The translations under genes were made by a program, and so were the position numbers. A stretch of DNA of 64,000 bases from Mobula hypostoma (Eukaryota): assembly GCF_963921235.1 (NCBI RefSeq), contig NC_086118.1, positions 28,212,001 through 28,276,000 on the forward strand. The letters run 5' to 3'. This document shows, one piece after another, positions 39,320-52,418 of the stretch. The notes below the pieces were generated by a model that was not told the origin of the DNA, made no database searches, and saw nothing but the letters and a program-made list of their open reading frames with translations. Every line of letters begins with the position of its first letter. The stretch's first letter is position 1.

Positions 39320-39590
39320 CAATCACACCACTCTGAACTGATTTTACAACCTACATGCTCACTTTCAAGGATTCTTTACAACTCATGTTCACAGTATTAT
39401 ATTTATTTGCACAAATTGTTTTCTTTTGCGCATTGGTTGTTTGTCAGTTGTGGTCTGTTTAGGTATAGTCTTTCATAAATTCTATTCTCTCTCTCTTTTT
39501 CCTGTAAATGTACGCAAGAAAAATGAATCTCACGTAATATATGGTAATATATACGTACTTTCATAAAAAATAATTTGAACTTTGAAATTC
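39320..39590 (+). mobile_element. Rex1-type 3' UTR remnant
   Basis: Colinear with ~31120-31372; TTTGAAC tail. Confidence 0.5.
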
Positions 39591-40094
39591 AAAATTAAAA
39601 ATATTTGTCAGATTTATTGCGAGGGTGTTAGGAACATGAAAGTGCTGAAGCAACATAATAAACGTACTGGAAAAAATCAAGCTTGTTATGCTTGTTCTGA
39701 CATTTCCAGTTCAAAGGTGAACATCATAGGATTTTCAATCACCATATCAATAATAAATCTCTCCCAATGTGTTCAAAAAGTTATATTATATGTTATTGAA
39801 GCATAAAACAAAGGGCATTTTGCATTAAAATAAGTGAGGTAGTTTCAGCAGATATTTTTCCTTGAGGTCAGAGAGTGATGTCAGGGTGAGTTATAATGCT
39901 GTAAGACAAGTTATTATGCCTTGTGCCTGCCCTTAAACAATGGATTGCTGAAATATTCTTTCACTTCTAGGGAAATGAAAAGCAACTAAGTAACATCAAA
40001 TGCATCAACCATAATTCCTACCCAAAATCATTGGAAAATAAATAGTCAATATGAAGATGGGAATGCCTGTATCACCATTTGATTTCTTTCTTGT

Positions 40095-41230
40095 TCAAAG
40101 TTCGAAGTAAAATTTATTGTGAGTACATACATTTTCCTGTAAAATACCAGCAAATCTATGGCATAGCAACTGTAAACAGGATCAATGACTGAGCAAGAGC
40201 AAAGACAACAAACAGTGCAAATGCAAATATAAATAAATAGCAATAAATTTAGAAGGCATGAAATAACAAGATAAAGAATCTTTAAAGTGAGATCAATGGT
40301 TGTGGGAACCCAGGAATAGAATGTGTATAGTTATCCTCTTTTGTTCAAGAGCCTGATGGCTGAGGGGTAGTAGATTAGATTATTAGATTATGAGGACACT
40401 CAGTCCTCGTTTATTGTCATTTAGTAATGCATGCATTAAGAAATGATACAATGTTCGTCCAGTATGATATCACAGAAAACAAGACAGACCAAGACTAAAA
40501 CTGACAAAAACCATATAATTATAACATACAGTTATAATATAATATAATTTGATACAGAGCAGACCATGGGCACGGTAAAAAAAAGTCTCAAAGTCCTGAT
40601 AGCCCCGTCATCTCATGCAGACGGTGGAAGGAAGAAACTCTCCCTGCCATGAAACTCCAGCGCCACAAACTTGCCAATGCAGCACCCTGGAAGCACCCGA
40701 CCACAGCCGACTCTTGAGTCCATCCGAAAACTTCGAGCCTCCGACCAGCCCTCCGACACCAAGCAACGAGCACCATCTCTGCCGAGTGCTTCGACCCCGA
40801 CCCCAGCCACCGAGCAATGGCAAAGCCGAGGACTTGGGGCCTTCCCCTCTGGAGATTCTGGATCACACAGTAGCAGCGGCAGCGAAACAGGCATTTCAGA
40901 AGTTTCACCAGATGTTCCTCCATGCTTCTCACATCCGTCTCCATCAAATCAGGATTGTGCAGGGCATCCTACTTGACAAATAACAGGTATTCATCACCGG
41001 AGAGGCCGCTGCGCGCTGCGTCACGCCGCCATCTTGTCTTCTCTGTTCTTGAAGCTGGTGGTGTGAGTCCTGAGGCAAATGTATCTTCTGCCTGATGGCA
41101 GCAATGGGAAAAGAGCATGGCCTGGGTGGTGAGGATCTTTAATGATGGATAATGGTTTTCTATGATTATGTTTCAGGAAGATGTGCTCTATGGTTGGGAG
41201 GGCTTAAACCGTGATGTACTGGGCTGAATT
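40095..41230 (-). mobile_element. Rex1/Babar 3' end split by the 40372-41036 element
   Basis: IIKDPHHPGHALFPLLPSGRRY on the minus strand at 41080-41150; the UTR continues at 40095-40370. Confidence 0.6.
40372..41036 (-). mobile_element. Non-autonomous ~670-bp retroposon, copy 2
   Basis: Starts AAGATGGCGGCGTGACGCAGCG, ends with a (TAATC)n tail; homologous to 33375-34043. Confidence 0.7.
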
Positions 41231-42879
41231 CTTCTTTGCTAAGAATCACTTTAATTTCTCATTTCTTTCAAAAAATAACAGAATAAATGCATTTCCTTGA
41301 TTAGCTATGCACATCATGTTAAACCCAGCATGCCTATGCTTCTTTATTTTCCTACTATTCTCCGTATAAACCTACAAGCCAAATTAGCAAATTAACTTAG
41401 CAATGAAACACTGTGGACCACCTCTTGTATTGCCATGGTCTTTGTTTCAATTGTCTTTTTCCTTGCATGTAAGGTCTTATTTTTGCATGGTCTTTTTTTC
41501 AGTGTGATAACATTTATACATTATTTATATTAGTATTGAGTGAGTCTGTGATGAATTTTTCATAGCACCGTACCTTGCCGTATTTGTGCTCAAGACAAAT
41601 TCAGTTTGACATTGGATGAATCTCAAAGCAAAGTTGTAAGTTTCATCAGCTTCCTGCTTTAAGGTGAAAGAGCAGCAGATTGCTTGCAAGCACTAGGTGA
41701 AGAAACCGGAAACTAGTTTGAAAAAGTAACGGTGTGTGAAATGGAGATGGTGTGAAAATGCCCCTGAGCTTTCTCTTTTTTCATATATTCTGGCGGAGAG
41801 AGAGTACTCAATGGGTTCATTCACCTTCTGCTATCCAAGGGCTGGCCAAGCAGATTTCTTCAGTCGTTGCTAAGTTTTATTTTCCTTCATCTGCATTCTT
41901 ATAGCTCCCTCTGATGGAATAACTTTTCATAATCTAAAATAATTTCACTTGAAAATATTAAAGTTAATTTCTTTAAAGCATGCAACTAGAATGAGCTTGT
42001 GAGGGCAAATGTGATCAAGGTTAAAAAAAAGGCAAACTGAATCTGTCTTTTAGTTCTGAATTATTGTGTTCTATCCCCAGAAAAGCTACTTTTTGAGGCT
42101 TACACTTTACAAAAATACTTACATAAAATGTTTCTATTTTATTCCTAATTTAAATTAGCCTTTAACATGGAATTTACCCAATTCACATTTTCTCATTATT
42201 TAATTTGGATTTTTCACAACTAAAATGAGCAAACAAAATGTGATAGCAGTGATTAAGATTAATAAATTACATCAATAAAAAATTTATTTTTCAGTTTCTT
42301 CCCTTTCTCTTGCATGTTAATAGGTCAGAAGTGAATGTGACTACTCTCACATGATTGTTTTTTAAGTTTTAGCCTACACTCAACCACCAGTAGTGGCATT
42401 GATCTTCCCAAGTGTTGGACTGCACTCAACCATGTATTAATTAATCTTCCTGACTTGTACCTATTGCTGCCGATAATAAGGTAACTAAAATAGCTGCGCC
42501 CAGAAAATATGACTTAAACATTCCTTTTACTTGTACACAAGGAGAACAGCATGGCCCTTGTCACCCACACTGTTCTGAAATTTGAAGAGAAAGCTGCTAT
42601 TTTTATACAGAATTGGCTTATTAGTTACAGATATTGGCCATTTAATAAATTATATATGCTTGAATTCCTTACTCACAAGAACCATTGCCATTCATAATAT
42701 AGGTGTTAAATGCCAATTGAAACTTCAAGCTGGCACCCGATGATATTTTGAAATGAGTAAAACTCTTAGTTGTTGGGTGTGTTTCACATCCTTCTATTAT
42801 TCCTATTGGATCAATCTCTAGCACCCCCTATCGTGTAAAGGGATGCCATGTTTTAGGCATGAACTTTGATGTCTTGAAC

Positions 42880-43255
42880 TTCCAATAGTGCCCCCCTTCA
42901 CTATTCTCCATCCCCCTTTTCCCTCTCTCACTTTATCTCCTTGCCTGCCCATCACCTCCCTCTGGTGCTCCTCCCCACTTTTCTTTCTTCCCTGGCCTTT
43001 TGTTCTTTCCTATCGGACTGCCCCTTCTCCAAACCTATACCTCGTTCACCAATCAACTTCCCAGCTCTTTACTTCATCCCTTCCCCTCCCAGTTTCACCT
43101 ATCACCTTGTGTTTCTGTCTCCCCTTCCCCAACTTGTAAATCTTTTTTTCCCTCCAGTCCTGCCAAAGGGTCTCGGCCCGAGACGTTGACGTTACCTTTT
43201 TCCATTGATACTGCCTGGTCTGCTGAGTTCCTCCAACATTTTATGTGTGTTGCTA
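42880..43255 (+). mobile_element. Penelope-like element 3' end with degenerate hammerhead
   Basis: Pyrimidine-rich UTR, then cagtcctgccaaagggtctcggcccgagacgttgac...gctgagttcctccaacattttatgtgtgttgc. Confidence 0.7.
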
Positions 43256-43769
43256 CACTTTAGAAAGACTTTTTTCAGAAAAGTCTCACTACAGTGGCCT
43301 CACTCATCTAACTTAAGTACACACTGCCACAGTTACTCCAGCTTATCTTGCTTATAGAATGCAAAGGTGTCTTCAAAGAAATCTTCAACTCCCAATCTGT
43401 CTTCTACGTGAGCACTCAGAGTTCATCCCACAGCAACCTATTCACATATTTCCTGATGCACACAGCATTAATAAAGCAGCATCCTAACTAAAAAATAAGA
43501 GGACCTTGGAAGTGCACAAAATCCCCATTGAATCGTAACAAATGGAGTCAGAGTCATGCAACGTGGAATAAATTCCTGGTCCATATAACCTCGCCTGGTA
43601 ACACAGGTCTCCAAATTCAGGCAATGTCCTGGTAAATCTTTTTTGCTCTCTTTCTAGTATAGTAGAATCTTCCCTATTACAGGGTGGCCAAAACAGTGTG
43701 CAATACTCCAGGTGCAGCCTCAACATCTTATATAACTGCATCATAACCTTCCAACTCCTCTACTCAATG

Positions 43770-43926
43770 ACAAGGAATTCTGCAGATGCTGGAAATTCAA
43801 ACAACACACATCAAAGTTGCTGGTGAACGCAGCAGGCCAGCCAGCATCTCTAGGAAGAGGTACAGTCGACGTTTCAGGCCGAGACCCTTCGTCAGGACTA
43901 ACTGAAAGAAGAGCTAGTAAGAGACT
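43770..43926 (-). mobile_element. Short PLE-end insertion (~155 bp) inside CR1
   Basis: Nearly identical to 31828-31990; no TSD seen; the CR1 flanks are non-contiguous. Confidence 0.8.
43864..43899 (-). ncRNA. Minimal type I hammerhead ribozyme motif
   Basis: AGUC-CUGACGA-AGGGUCUCGGCCU-GAAAC-GUC-GACU; palindromic ACGU stem III; GUC cleavage triplet. Confidence 0.75.
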
Positions 43927-45228
43927 AAAAAACAAACAAAGGTCCCTGCACCAACCCACATAGCATACCATTAGACAACGACCTCCATCTGAGGAACAAC
44001 CCTCAACCATCACCCTCTGCTTCCTGCCCCTTAGCCAATTATGAATCCAATCTGCTACCTTCCCCTGGATCCCATGCAGTCCAAACTTCCAGATTAGCCT
44101 GCCATTGCAGACCTTGTCATGGGGCTGGCTAAAGTCCATATAGACAACATACACTACCCTACTCTTTGTTACCTCCTCAAAGAACTCCAAAGAATTGTTG
44201 GCATTCTCACACACAAAACCATGCTGACTGTCTCAACTCAGATCCTGTCCTTCCAAATGTTGGTAGATCCTGTCCCTCAGGAACCTTAACAGCAATTTAC
44301 TTACCATCAGTGTCAGACCCACTGGCCTGTAGTTTCCTGCCTTGGTATTACTACCCTATTTAGACAACAGCAACACAGTAGCCACTCTCCAGACCTCCAG
44401 AAAATCATCTATCACCAGAGATTAAGCAAAAAAATCTTTGTAAGGGGCTCCGTATTTTTTTTCTCCAGCTTCCAGCAAAGTCTGAGAATGCACTCAGGCC
44501 CTGTGGATTTATATAGCTTATTGTACCTTAAGGCCTCCAGTACCTCCTGCCTTCTAATTCCTGTGCAGTCCAAGACAACATCACTCGTTTCCCTCATTTT
44601 TTTTTAATCTTCCAAGAGGAGATAGCCAATAGAAATATCATGCATTTCCTTTGATTCAGCACAGATGGCCATACTAATCATTAAGGCAAACTATTCTCTC
44701 CCTGACCATCCTTTTGATGTCAATATACTGATAGAATGACTTGGGGTTTTGTTTCACCTTGTCTACCAGATTCTTCTAAGATCCTCTTTTTGCCCTCCTA
44801 ATTTCTCTCCTAAATGCACTTAAGGGAGACATTAGGAGGACTAAAGTGAATATGAGAGGAATTAATCTGAATCAAGCAATTCATTAGTTCCTAATTGCTC
44901 ATGCATGGAGTATGCCTCCCTCTTTTTTTAACCAATGCCCTACTATCTATTGTCAGCTAGGGTTCGCTAAACCTGCAAGTTTTGTCCTTCACCCTAACAG
45001 GCACAAGCAGGCCCTGAACTCATGATGTCACACTTTTAAAGGTACCACTTAGCAGATGCTCTTTTGCCTGCAAGCAACCTCACCACTGCAAGACCCTGCC
45101 TAAAGACTCCAAACTTTATTATGCCCATTTCAGAACCTTAACCTGTGAACCAACTGTATTCTTCTCCATGGCTATTTTAAAGCTAATACAATTATGGCTA
45201 CTGGACCCAAAGTACTCACGATGTTCTC

Positions 45229-46563
45229 CAAGTTCAAATTGAAGTTGAAGTTAAAGTTTAATTTTCATTGAACTGTACATGAATATGTGACAACCACGGA
45301 TTCGGCAGTACAGTAGATATGGCAATTACGCGTGTGAATTTGCATGTGTCGGCTAATTATTATGTAATCGTGATAGTATTTAACTCCATACTTGTTGTCA
45401 TAGTGCTTGTCGAGACTTGAACAGAGCACAGCAACGCTTCGCTGTTTGTTTGCTTTCGGCCTTCACTGAGAAATTGGACTTTAGAGTCAACTGACTTCAA
45501 AGACTGGCGGTATTCGTTTAATGTTTAGATTTTCTTTTTGCTGTTACCAGGTTCAGATAGGGCCCAAGTGCAGAGTGAGAGACTCTGAAGCTGGTCGATA
45601 GTTCACAAACTTTATTGCAAACAGTGTTAAAGGGAAAATAAACAATAAACACTAGGCCAAATAGGACCATTAACTGGAACTATCAAACGGGAAATGAAGC
45701 CTACACTGCAGTTGAAAAGAAAATCTAAACAGTAAACAAATTCCGCTAATCCTCGAAGTCAGTTGACTCAAAAGTCCAATTTCTCAGGGAAGGCTGAAAG
45801 CAAACAGGCAGCGAAACGTTGCTGTGCTCTGTCCAAGTCTCCACAAGCACTACGATGACAAGTATGGAGTTAAATACTATCACGATTAAATAATAATTAG
45901 CTGACACTTGCAAATGCACAAGCTCAATTGCCATATCTACTGTGCTGCCAAATCTGTGGTTGTGACAGAATATCCATGAATACAGCCAAATGAAGCATTA
46001 TTCCTCCACAACCAAGGTGCAAAACACAGTACCGACAGTCATATACAGCGCAAAGCATATACAGTGTTGCACACGTAAGACAGCAGTAAACATTCAGTCA
46101 CACAAAAAAAATTATAGCATGAGTCCTAGAGTGTCAAGTCACGATGGTGCATAGACATTGTGGCAAGAATAAACCTGCAGCGATCTGCAGATGAATGCAA
46201 ACCAGCTGGTCTTCCACTGTGTGAACACTAGAGGTCAGCACCAATGAGAGGGTCCAGCTCCCAACTCCTGCATAGACACTGCTTCACACTGAATCCAGTG
46301 GCTCCTCTCCTGGGTGGCTCCAAACCACAACCCTGGGCATGGGGCCTAGTCTACGCCACAACGATGGCCCACACAGCTTACCCACCATTGGTCTCCCCAA
46401 TAAATCCACTATTCAGCACCTTGCTGATGGGATAGACCGGCAGTACTTTAAGATCTTAATATCTAGCAGTGTCTTGCAATTGTAAAAAAGATGCTTTAAA
46501 GAAGCAATAACACCTTTAGTTGTACCTGGAGATACGGCTACGTCCAAGCGTGCTGCCATCTTA
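45229..46563 (-). mobile_element. Non-autonomous retroposon interrupted by the foldback LTR unit
   Basis: Starts AAGATGGCAGCACGC at ~46563; Rex1-like UTR and tandem aacttc/tttgaac tail at 45229-45285. Confidence 0.5.
45286..45967. mobile_element. Foldback unit: complete LTR (45542-45967, minus) plus an inverted partial copy (45286-~45540)
   Basis: ~250-bp inverted arms; both outer ends TGT(G/C)ACAACCAC; internal LTR end gcacttgggcc...GGTAACA with AATAAA; 5-bp TSD GAATA (45281-45285 and 45968-45972). Confidence 0.85.
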
Positions 46564-46634
46564 CTAGAACAGAGAAGTGTCACTTCTCCGGCCTCATTTT
46601 CCAGCTGGAGATAGTGTTGCAACCTCTCTAGTAG

Positions 46635-46845
46635 AGAAGAAGAAGAAGAAGAAAGCCCTTAACTCCGAGTGGAGTCATCGGGATGTCATGACGGTGTTTT
46701 TTTAACAGGCTTTCTTATTTATACGAGGCCGAGTTGCTAGATTGACGCTCAACCCAGCACGGATGGAAAGCATGCAAGGGAGCCGGCTGGATTCAAACTC
46801 GGGAGCCTTTGCTCCGAAGTCCGGCGCTAATGCTAGTACGCCACC
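46635..46845 (-). mobile_element. tRNA-derived SINE (tRNA-Arg-like head)
   Basis: GGTGGCGTACTAGC (A box), GACTTCGGA (TCG anticodon-like loop), GAGTTTGAATCC (B box); (TTC)n tail. Confidence 0.75.
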
Positions 46846-46984
46846 AGTAAGTCCCTCTATATATTGACCAAGGAAGCTTTCTCGCACACATTTCACAAAC
46901 TGCACTCCATTCAAGACTTTCATAGTATGTTTGGCCCAGTGGATAACAGCGAAGTTAAAATCTCCCACTAATGATAAATACTCT

Positions 46985-48465
46985 GTCAGAAATAGACCAA
47001 ATGAGTTTAAAGGCAGGGGGGATGTTGGAGGGAAAGTTGATGAAAATGACGAGCTCAGCATAGGTGAATGAAGCAGCACCAATGCAGTTGTCAATGTAGC
47101 GGAGAGTGGAGGAAGAATTGTGGAGCATATCTGGGGAAGGCTTGGAACATGGTCTGCTCTCCTTAGGCGGGTATAACTTGGGCCCATGCGGGTGGCCATG
47201 GCTACATCTCAGGTCTGCAGAAAGTGGGGGGAGTCAAAGGCGAAATCGCTGAGGGTGAGGATCAGTTCTGCCAGGCGGAAGAGGGTGGTGGTGGAGGGAA
47301 ACTGGGGTTGGTTCTTTTATTGAAAAAGAAGTGGAGAGCTTTAAGGCCTTCCTGATGGGGATAGAAGTTTATAAGGACTGGGCATTTCTGTTGATCCCTA
47401 CTGAATTCCTCCACCGTTGATGCTGCCCTCACCCATATCTCCTCCATTTCCCAGACTTCTGCATTATCTTCCTGCTGCCTTAACCGTGATAGAGTTCCTC
47501 TTGTCCTTACTTACCACCCCATGAGACTGCATTCAACACATCATCCTCCACAACTTCAATCATCTCTAAAGGGATCCTACCACTAAACACATCTTTACCT
47601 CTCCCCCACTCTCCATTTCCCACAGGGGTCACTCCCTCTATCATTCACTTGTCCATTTGTATCCTCCTTACTAATCTCCCTCCTGGCAATTATCCTCGTA
47701 AGTGGCCAAAGTGCTGCACCTGCCAATCACCTCCTCCTTCACATCTACTCCGGGCCCGCTAAGTGAGGCAACACTTCACCTGCGAATCTGCTGGGGTCGT
47801 CTTTTGTGCCGGTGCTCCCGATGCGGCCTCCTCTACCACTGGTGAAACCCCTCATAAATTGGGAGACCGCTTCATCGAGCACATCCACTCCATCTGCCAA
47901 AAGCAGAATTTCCTGGTGGTTAAATATTTTAATTCTGATTTCCTTTCCCATTCCAACATGTCTGTCCAGGGCCTCCTCTTGTGCCATGATAAGGCCACCC
48001 TCAGGGTGGTGCAGCAACAGCTTATATTCCATCTGGGTAGCCTCCAAACTGCTGGCATGAATATTGATTTCTCCTTCCAGTCAAAAAAAATTTCCATCCT
48101 CCACCTTCTGGTATTCTGCACTCTGGCCTCTTACCTCTTCTCACCTACCTATCATCTCTCCATGGGTCCCCTATTCTTCCCTTTCGTTTATGATCCACAC
48201 TTGTCTCCGATCAGATTCCTTCCTCTCCAACCCTTAACCTTTCCCACCAACCTGGCTTCACTTATCGCCTTCTAGCTATTTTCCTTTGCCTCCCCTAACT
48301 TGCTATCCTGGTGTCTTTTCCTTTCCTTTCCTATCCTGAAGAAAGATCTCAGCCTAAAATCTCAACACTTTTTTCATTTCCATGGATGCTGCCTGACCTG
48401 CTGAGTTACTTTAGCATTTTGTGTGTTTTGCTTTGGGTTTCCAGTCTCTGCAGATTTTTTTCTGT
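46985..48465 (+). mobile_element. Penelope-like element with 5' inversion (RT piece on minus ~46985-47380; linker, GIY-YIG and UTR on plus ~47395-48465)
   Basis: Minus strand VAMATRMGPSY; plus strand RVPLVLTYHP, RQHFTCESAGVV...GETPHKLGDRFIEH...QLIFHLGSLQTAGMNIDF, then the PLE end motif. Confidence 0.8.
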
Positions 48466-48529
48466 TTATGTTAAAGATTCACTAAGTTTGGGATGGCCAG
48501 TTTGCTGTGAGGTTAAGTGTGCTAGGCAT

Positions 48530-49300
48530 GTATTTTCTTGAGTTTAGAAGAACGATTTCAGAAAAATTTACAAAGTTCTTATGGGATCAAAAGGACAATT
48601 GCAGAGAGAATGTTTTTCTTTGGTGAGGAGTTGGGAACTACGATTTGCATTTTTAGGATAAGGTGTCAATTGGTTAAGACTCAGATGAGAACATCTTCCC
48701 AACAGACGGAAGTGAATATATGGAATTCTCTAAACTGGAGGATTGTGGAAGATTAGGCATTAGTTTATTCAAAATAAAATTCAATAGATTTTTAAATATT
48801 AACTGAGCCAGGATAGGTATAGGGCAGGAAGATGACACTAAGGTAAAGGATGCATCAAGATGATATCACTTGAGAAGGTGCAGGGTAAATTCACCAGCAT
48901 GTTGCCTGGAAAAGATTTTTTCAGTCATGAGGAGAGATTGCAATAGCTAGGTTGAGGTTCCATGGAACTGAGGAAGGTAAGAGGGGAAACGATTGAGATA
49001 TGTAAAATTTTGAAAGGTATGGACAGAATAGTTTGCAGAGAACTGTCTCCCATATCTGAGGCAGATAAAACAAGAGAACATTAATTTAGGTTGCAGAATA
49101 AGAGATGTAGACGGGATCTATCAAAGAATAGTGAGTACACTGCTCAGGGAGCGGTGGGAGCAGAAATAATTATATGAACACCTGAGTTGTCCAGAAGCTT
49201 ATGGGCCAAGTACTCGAAATTGGGATTAATATGGATGGGTGCCCATTGGGCAGCATGGATGTGCTGTGCCAAACGGTCTTTTACTTGCTATATGACCCTG
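48530..49300 (+). mobile_element. Highly decayed CR1 3' remnants
   Basis: EKVQGKFTSMLPG...LRKVRGETIEICKILKG-like stretches. Confidence 0.5.
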
Positions 49301-49753
49301 TGATTGTAAGATCTTGATGAATGGTGGAGCAGGGTCAAAGAGCTGGAAGATCTACTCATTCTCATTATTCTTCCTTTCATTTGTTAAATTTGACACTGAA
49401 GCACTTAAGAAAATATTCAAACCAACAACTAAACTCTTAAAGGTTATACATTAAAGGATAGCAAGATTTATAAAGGAAATTCTTCTGTTTGCATGTCATT
49501 CAAAAACATAGTTAACATAAGTGGATGGATAAAAATCAAGGATACTTGCAAATATCTTCCCATTTTTTTCTTTGTCTTAGCATGCTTTCTGGAAGTTACC
49601 CTGAGCTGTTTCTTCTTCCTAAACTCAACAACTTTTCACATGCTGTTCTCAAAATTCATGCTTGGTCAGTAGCACAAGAAACACAGATTATTAGTCAAGG
49701 TTTATTATCATCTACTCCCTCTGCTGGTTGGATTACAGACACAAAAACAAAAT

Positions 49754-49869
49754 CAACGCACTCAAATAGCTGGAGGAACTCAGCATCTATGGAAATGAAT
49801 AAACAGTTGATGTTCTGTGATGAGACTCTTGCTTTGGAATTCCAGCATCTGCAGAATTTCTTGTGTTTG
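49754..49869. mobile_element. Mini PLE-end insertion with inverted terminal segment
   Basis: gctggaggaactcagcatctatggaa in one orientation, then ttccagcatctgcagaatttcttgtg in the opposite one; probable TSD CAAAAA(C/T)AAAAT (49742-49753 and 49870-49881). Confidence 0.6.
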
Positions 49870-50179
49870 CAAAAATAAAATAGTTTCCCACAGAGAGCAA
49901 TGCAGAGTGCAAACTGTTGAGCTGAGAGACAGACGTGCATATATAAATCAGTAACACTACAACACATTTTCAAAGAGATGTGTGACAGGATGTGGCACCT
50001 CAACAAACCACCTACTTTTGCTACAATGCTTACTGAGATTCACAGGAAAATACCATATTCTAATTGTGTGAAGTTTACTGAGGTGGAGCTTCCGATAATT
50101 TAAAGTACAAATAGAAAAGGTTAAATGTTAATTTTCATCATGTTGGATGAGAAGGGCAGTTTAACTTAACCTGGAAACA

Positions 50180-50995
50180 CTACTACTACTACTACTACGT
50201 CGACTCAGGCCTAGGGGGCCGGCGTCGGGCACAATGACGGACTCTCCACTTCTCCCTCTCCCTCATCAGTGTGTTCCGTTCATCTACATTAGCCGTGCCG
50301 CCATCTTCTAGGAGGGTGTTGACCATAGTTTTGGGAGGGTGCCCAGGGTTCATCCTCCCGTGCTTGGGCTCCCATATGATGACTAGGCTGGCAGGTAGCT
50401 CAGGGCGGTGTAGACAGTGCCCCACTAGTTGCAGTCTTCTCTCCTCGATTTTAGTGGAGAGCATCAGTAGGTCGTCATAAAGCTCGACGTTCGTCATGTG
50501 CTGTTGCCAACTCACGTCAAGAGCCATCCGGAGCATTCGTGTATAGCAACCTTCTAGAGACTTTCGCATAGTCATGGTGAGTATCCACGTCTCACGTGAG
50601 AATGGACTCTATGACTGCTATGAAGATCCTCTTTTTAAGCTCTCTGGTCAGGTTCGACTTCCGGATTTCCTTCATGTCGTTCATAGCGCTCCACGCCAGC
50701 GCCTTCCATATCTTTATGTCCTTCTCCAAACTCATCATTCTTGACCCGAGGTACTTGTAATCAAAGACTTTCTTAATGGCATCATTCTTTACGGTCTTGA
50801 GAGTACCTTCGTCGCAGTTAAGCACCATGTACTCTGTCTTTTTAGTGTTTAGGTGAAGTCTGACTTTATTGCACTCAATTTCCACTTTTGTCAGTAGCTG
50901 CTGTGCTTCCTCCATCTGGTCAGAAAACAGGACTATGTCATCTGCAAAATCGAGATCTATGAGCGTAACTGGTCTGACCCTTTTGGAAGGGTCTT
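50180..50995 (-). mobile_element. RTE-clade LINE, 5'-truncated
   Basis: LDFADDIVL, YKYLGS, CYTRMLRMALDVSWQQHMTN...LVGHC...WEPKHG; (TAG)n tail; 9-bp TSD CTGGAAACA (50171-50179 and 50996-51004). Confidence 0.9.
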
Positions 50996-51911
50996 CTGGA
51001 AACAAGAGTTTACAAACATGTCTCTTTCTTTACAGTAATTATCTAAACTCAATGACCCACTTACAGAAGAAAATATTTATCTATTGTAATGCTGACAAAT
51101 TAAGAGAAAAATACAAATTTATCTGAAAAAGTATAATAATACAAACTTCACAAAAACCAAATGCTCTCCTCCAGAACAGGCAACACATTGCTTCAATTAT
51201 CATCATAGCCCTGACTCCGCTGGTCTCGAGTGTGTGCTGTTTGGTTAGATGGTATTACTGACTTTAAAACTTACTCTGATAATTTAAGATATAAAGACTA
51301 TCCTCAGTCTCTTGATTGCTGATCTTGGACCTGGGATCAACTGGGAAAATAACAAGAAAAATGCATCCTTCTAAATGTCCTGTTGGATTATTGGTTTAGG
51401 TAGACATCCTTGAATCTGCCTCTCCTCCACTTCGACTTTGTTCCTCTCCGCTTGCTTCAACCTCGCCTTGAATACGCCTCGACTTCTCCCTCGATCTTGC
51501 TGGGACTTTGCATCGCTTCACACTCCTTGACCCTCAACTCGGCTTTGCCTTCACTCGCCTCTTCATCGTTCGCAGTGATCGTTTACCATAATTTATAACA
51601 GAGGAATTGCTATTCATAAATATTTAGTTGTATTTCTTGTTTTGTTAACTGCCAGTAAGTTGTCACTTGCCTTCAGCAGTGCCACATTAATCCGAAAGTT
51701 CAAATCCTGCAATGTCAATTGTTGAATTTAAATTCAGAGTAACAATTAACAGCTGTATAGACATGAGTCTGAAGCTAAGAAGTTAATATTGCCTTGGAAA
51801 ACTTTCCTTGGATATGTTGCACTTTGGAAAGGTCATGATCCATCGTGTATTCTTAAGTCTCCCTACTTCCTTTCCTTCCACAAGATCCCCCGGAAAACAT
51901 TCATTAACTTA

Positions 51912-52418
51912 CACTCAGTGGCCACTTTATTAGGTACAGGATGGAGCCCAGTGTGGTGTTCTGCTGCTGTAGCCCACCTACTTCAAGGTTCAATGAGCTG
52001 TGCATTCAGAGAAGCTCTTCTGCACACCACTATTGTAGCACATGGTTATTTAAGTTATTGTTGCCTTCCTTAACAAAGTGCTTTTGCCCAAAAAACTGCC
52101 GCTCACTGGATGCTTTTTTTTTTCTTTTCACAAGACTCTCTGTTAATTGAAGAAACTGTTGCGCATTAAACTACCAGAGATCAGCAGACTCCAAAATTCT
52201 CAAACCACTCCGTCGGACCACCAACAATTATTCCATGCTCAAAGTCACATAGATCATAATTCTTCCTCAATTCTTCTGTTTGGTCTAAACAATAATTGAA
52301 GCTCTTGACTATGTCTGTATGCTTTTATGTTTTGAGTTTCTGCAACATGACCAGTTGAGTAGATACTTGCATTAATAAGCTGATGTACAGGCGTACCTAA
52401 TAAAGTGGCCACTGAGTG
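51912..52418. mobile_element. Tc1/mariner non-autonomous element (MITE)
   Basis: Perfect 26-bp TIR CACTCAGTGGCCACTTTATTAGGTAC, TA on both sides, no transposase. Confidence 0.9.

Larger units (their letters stand above)
43550..45225 (-). mobile_element. Old CR1 ORF2 fragments
   Basis: ORFs 43484-43744 (LYKMLRLHLEYC) and 43741-44214 (LEFFEEVTK...VYMDFS...GIQGKVADWIHNWL). Confidence 0.7.

Noticed and set aside
41700..41714. GAAACCGGAAACT as an IRF/ETS composite site
   Set aside because: A single short motif with no promoter context.
46780..46845. tRNA-Arg gene
   Set aside because: Stems are broken and it continues into a SINE body with a (TTC)n tail.
51385..51700. DNA transposon with ttggatta/taatccgaa TIRs
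   Set aside because: The repeat is too short and imperfect, with no TSD; more likely the 5' UTR fragment of a retroelement.
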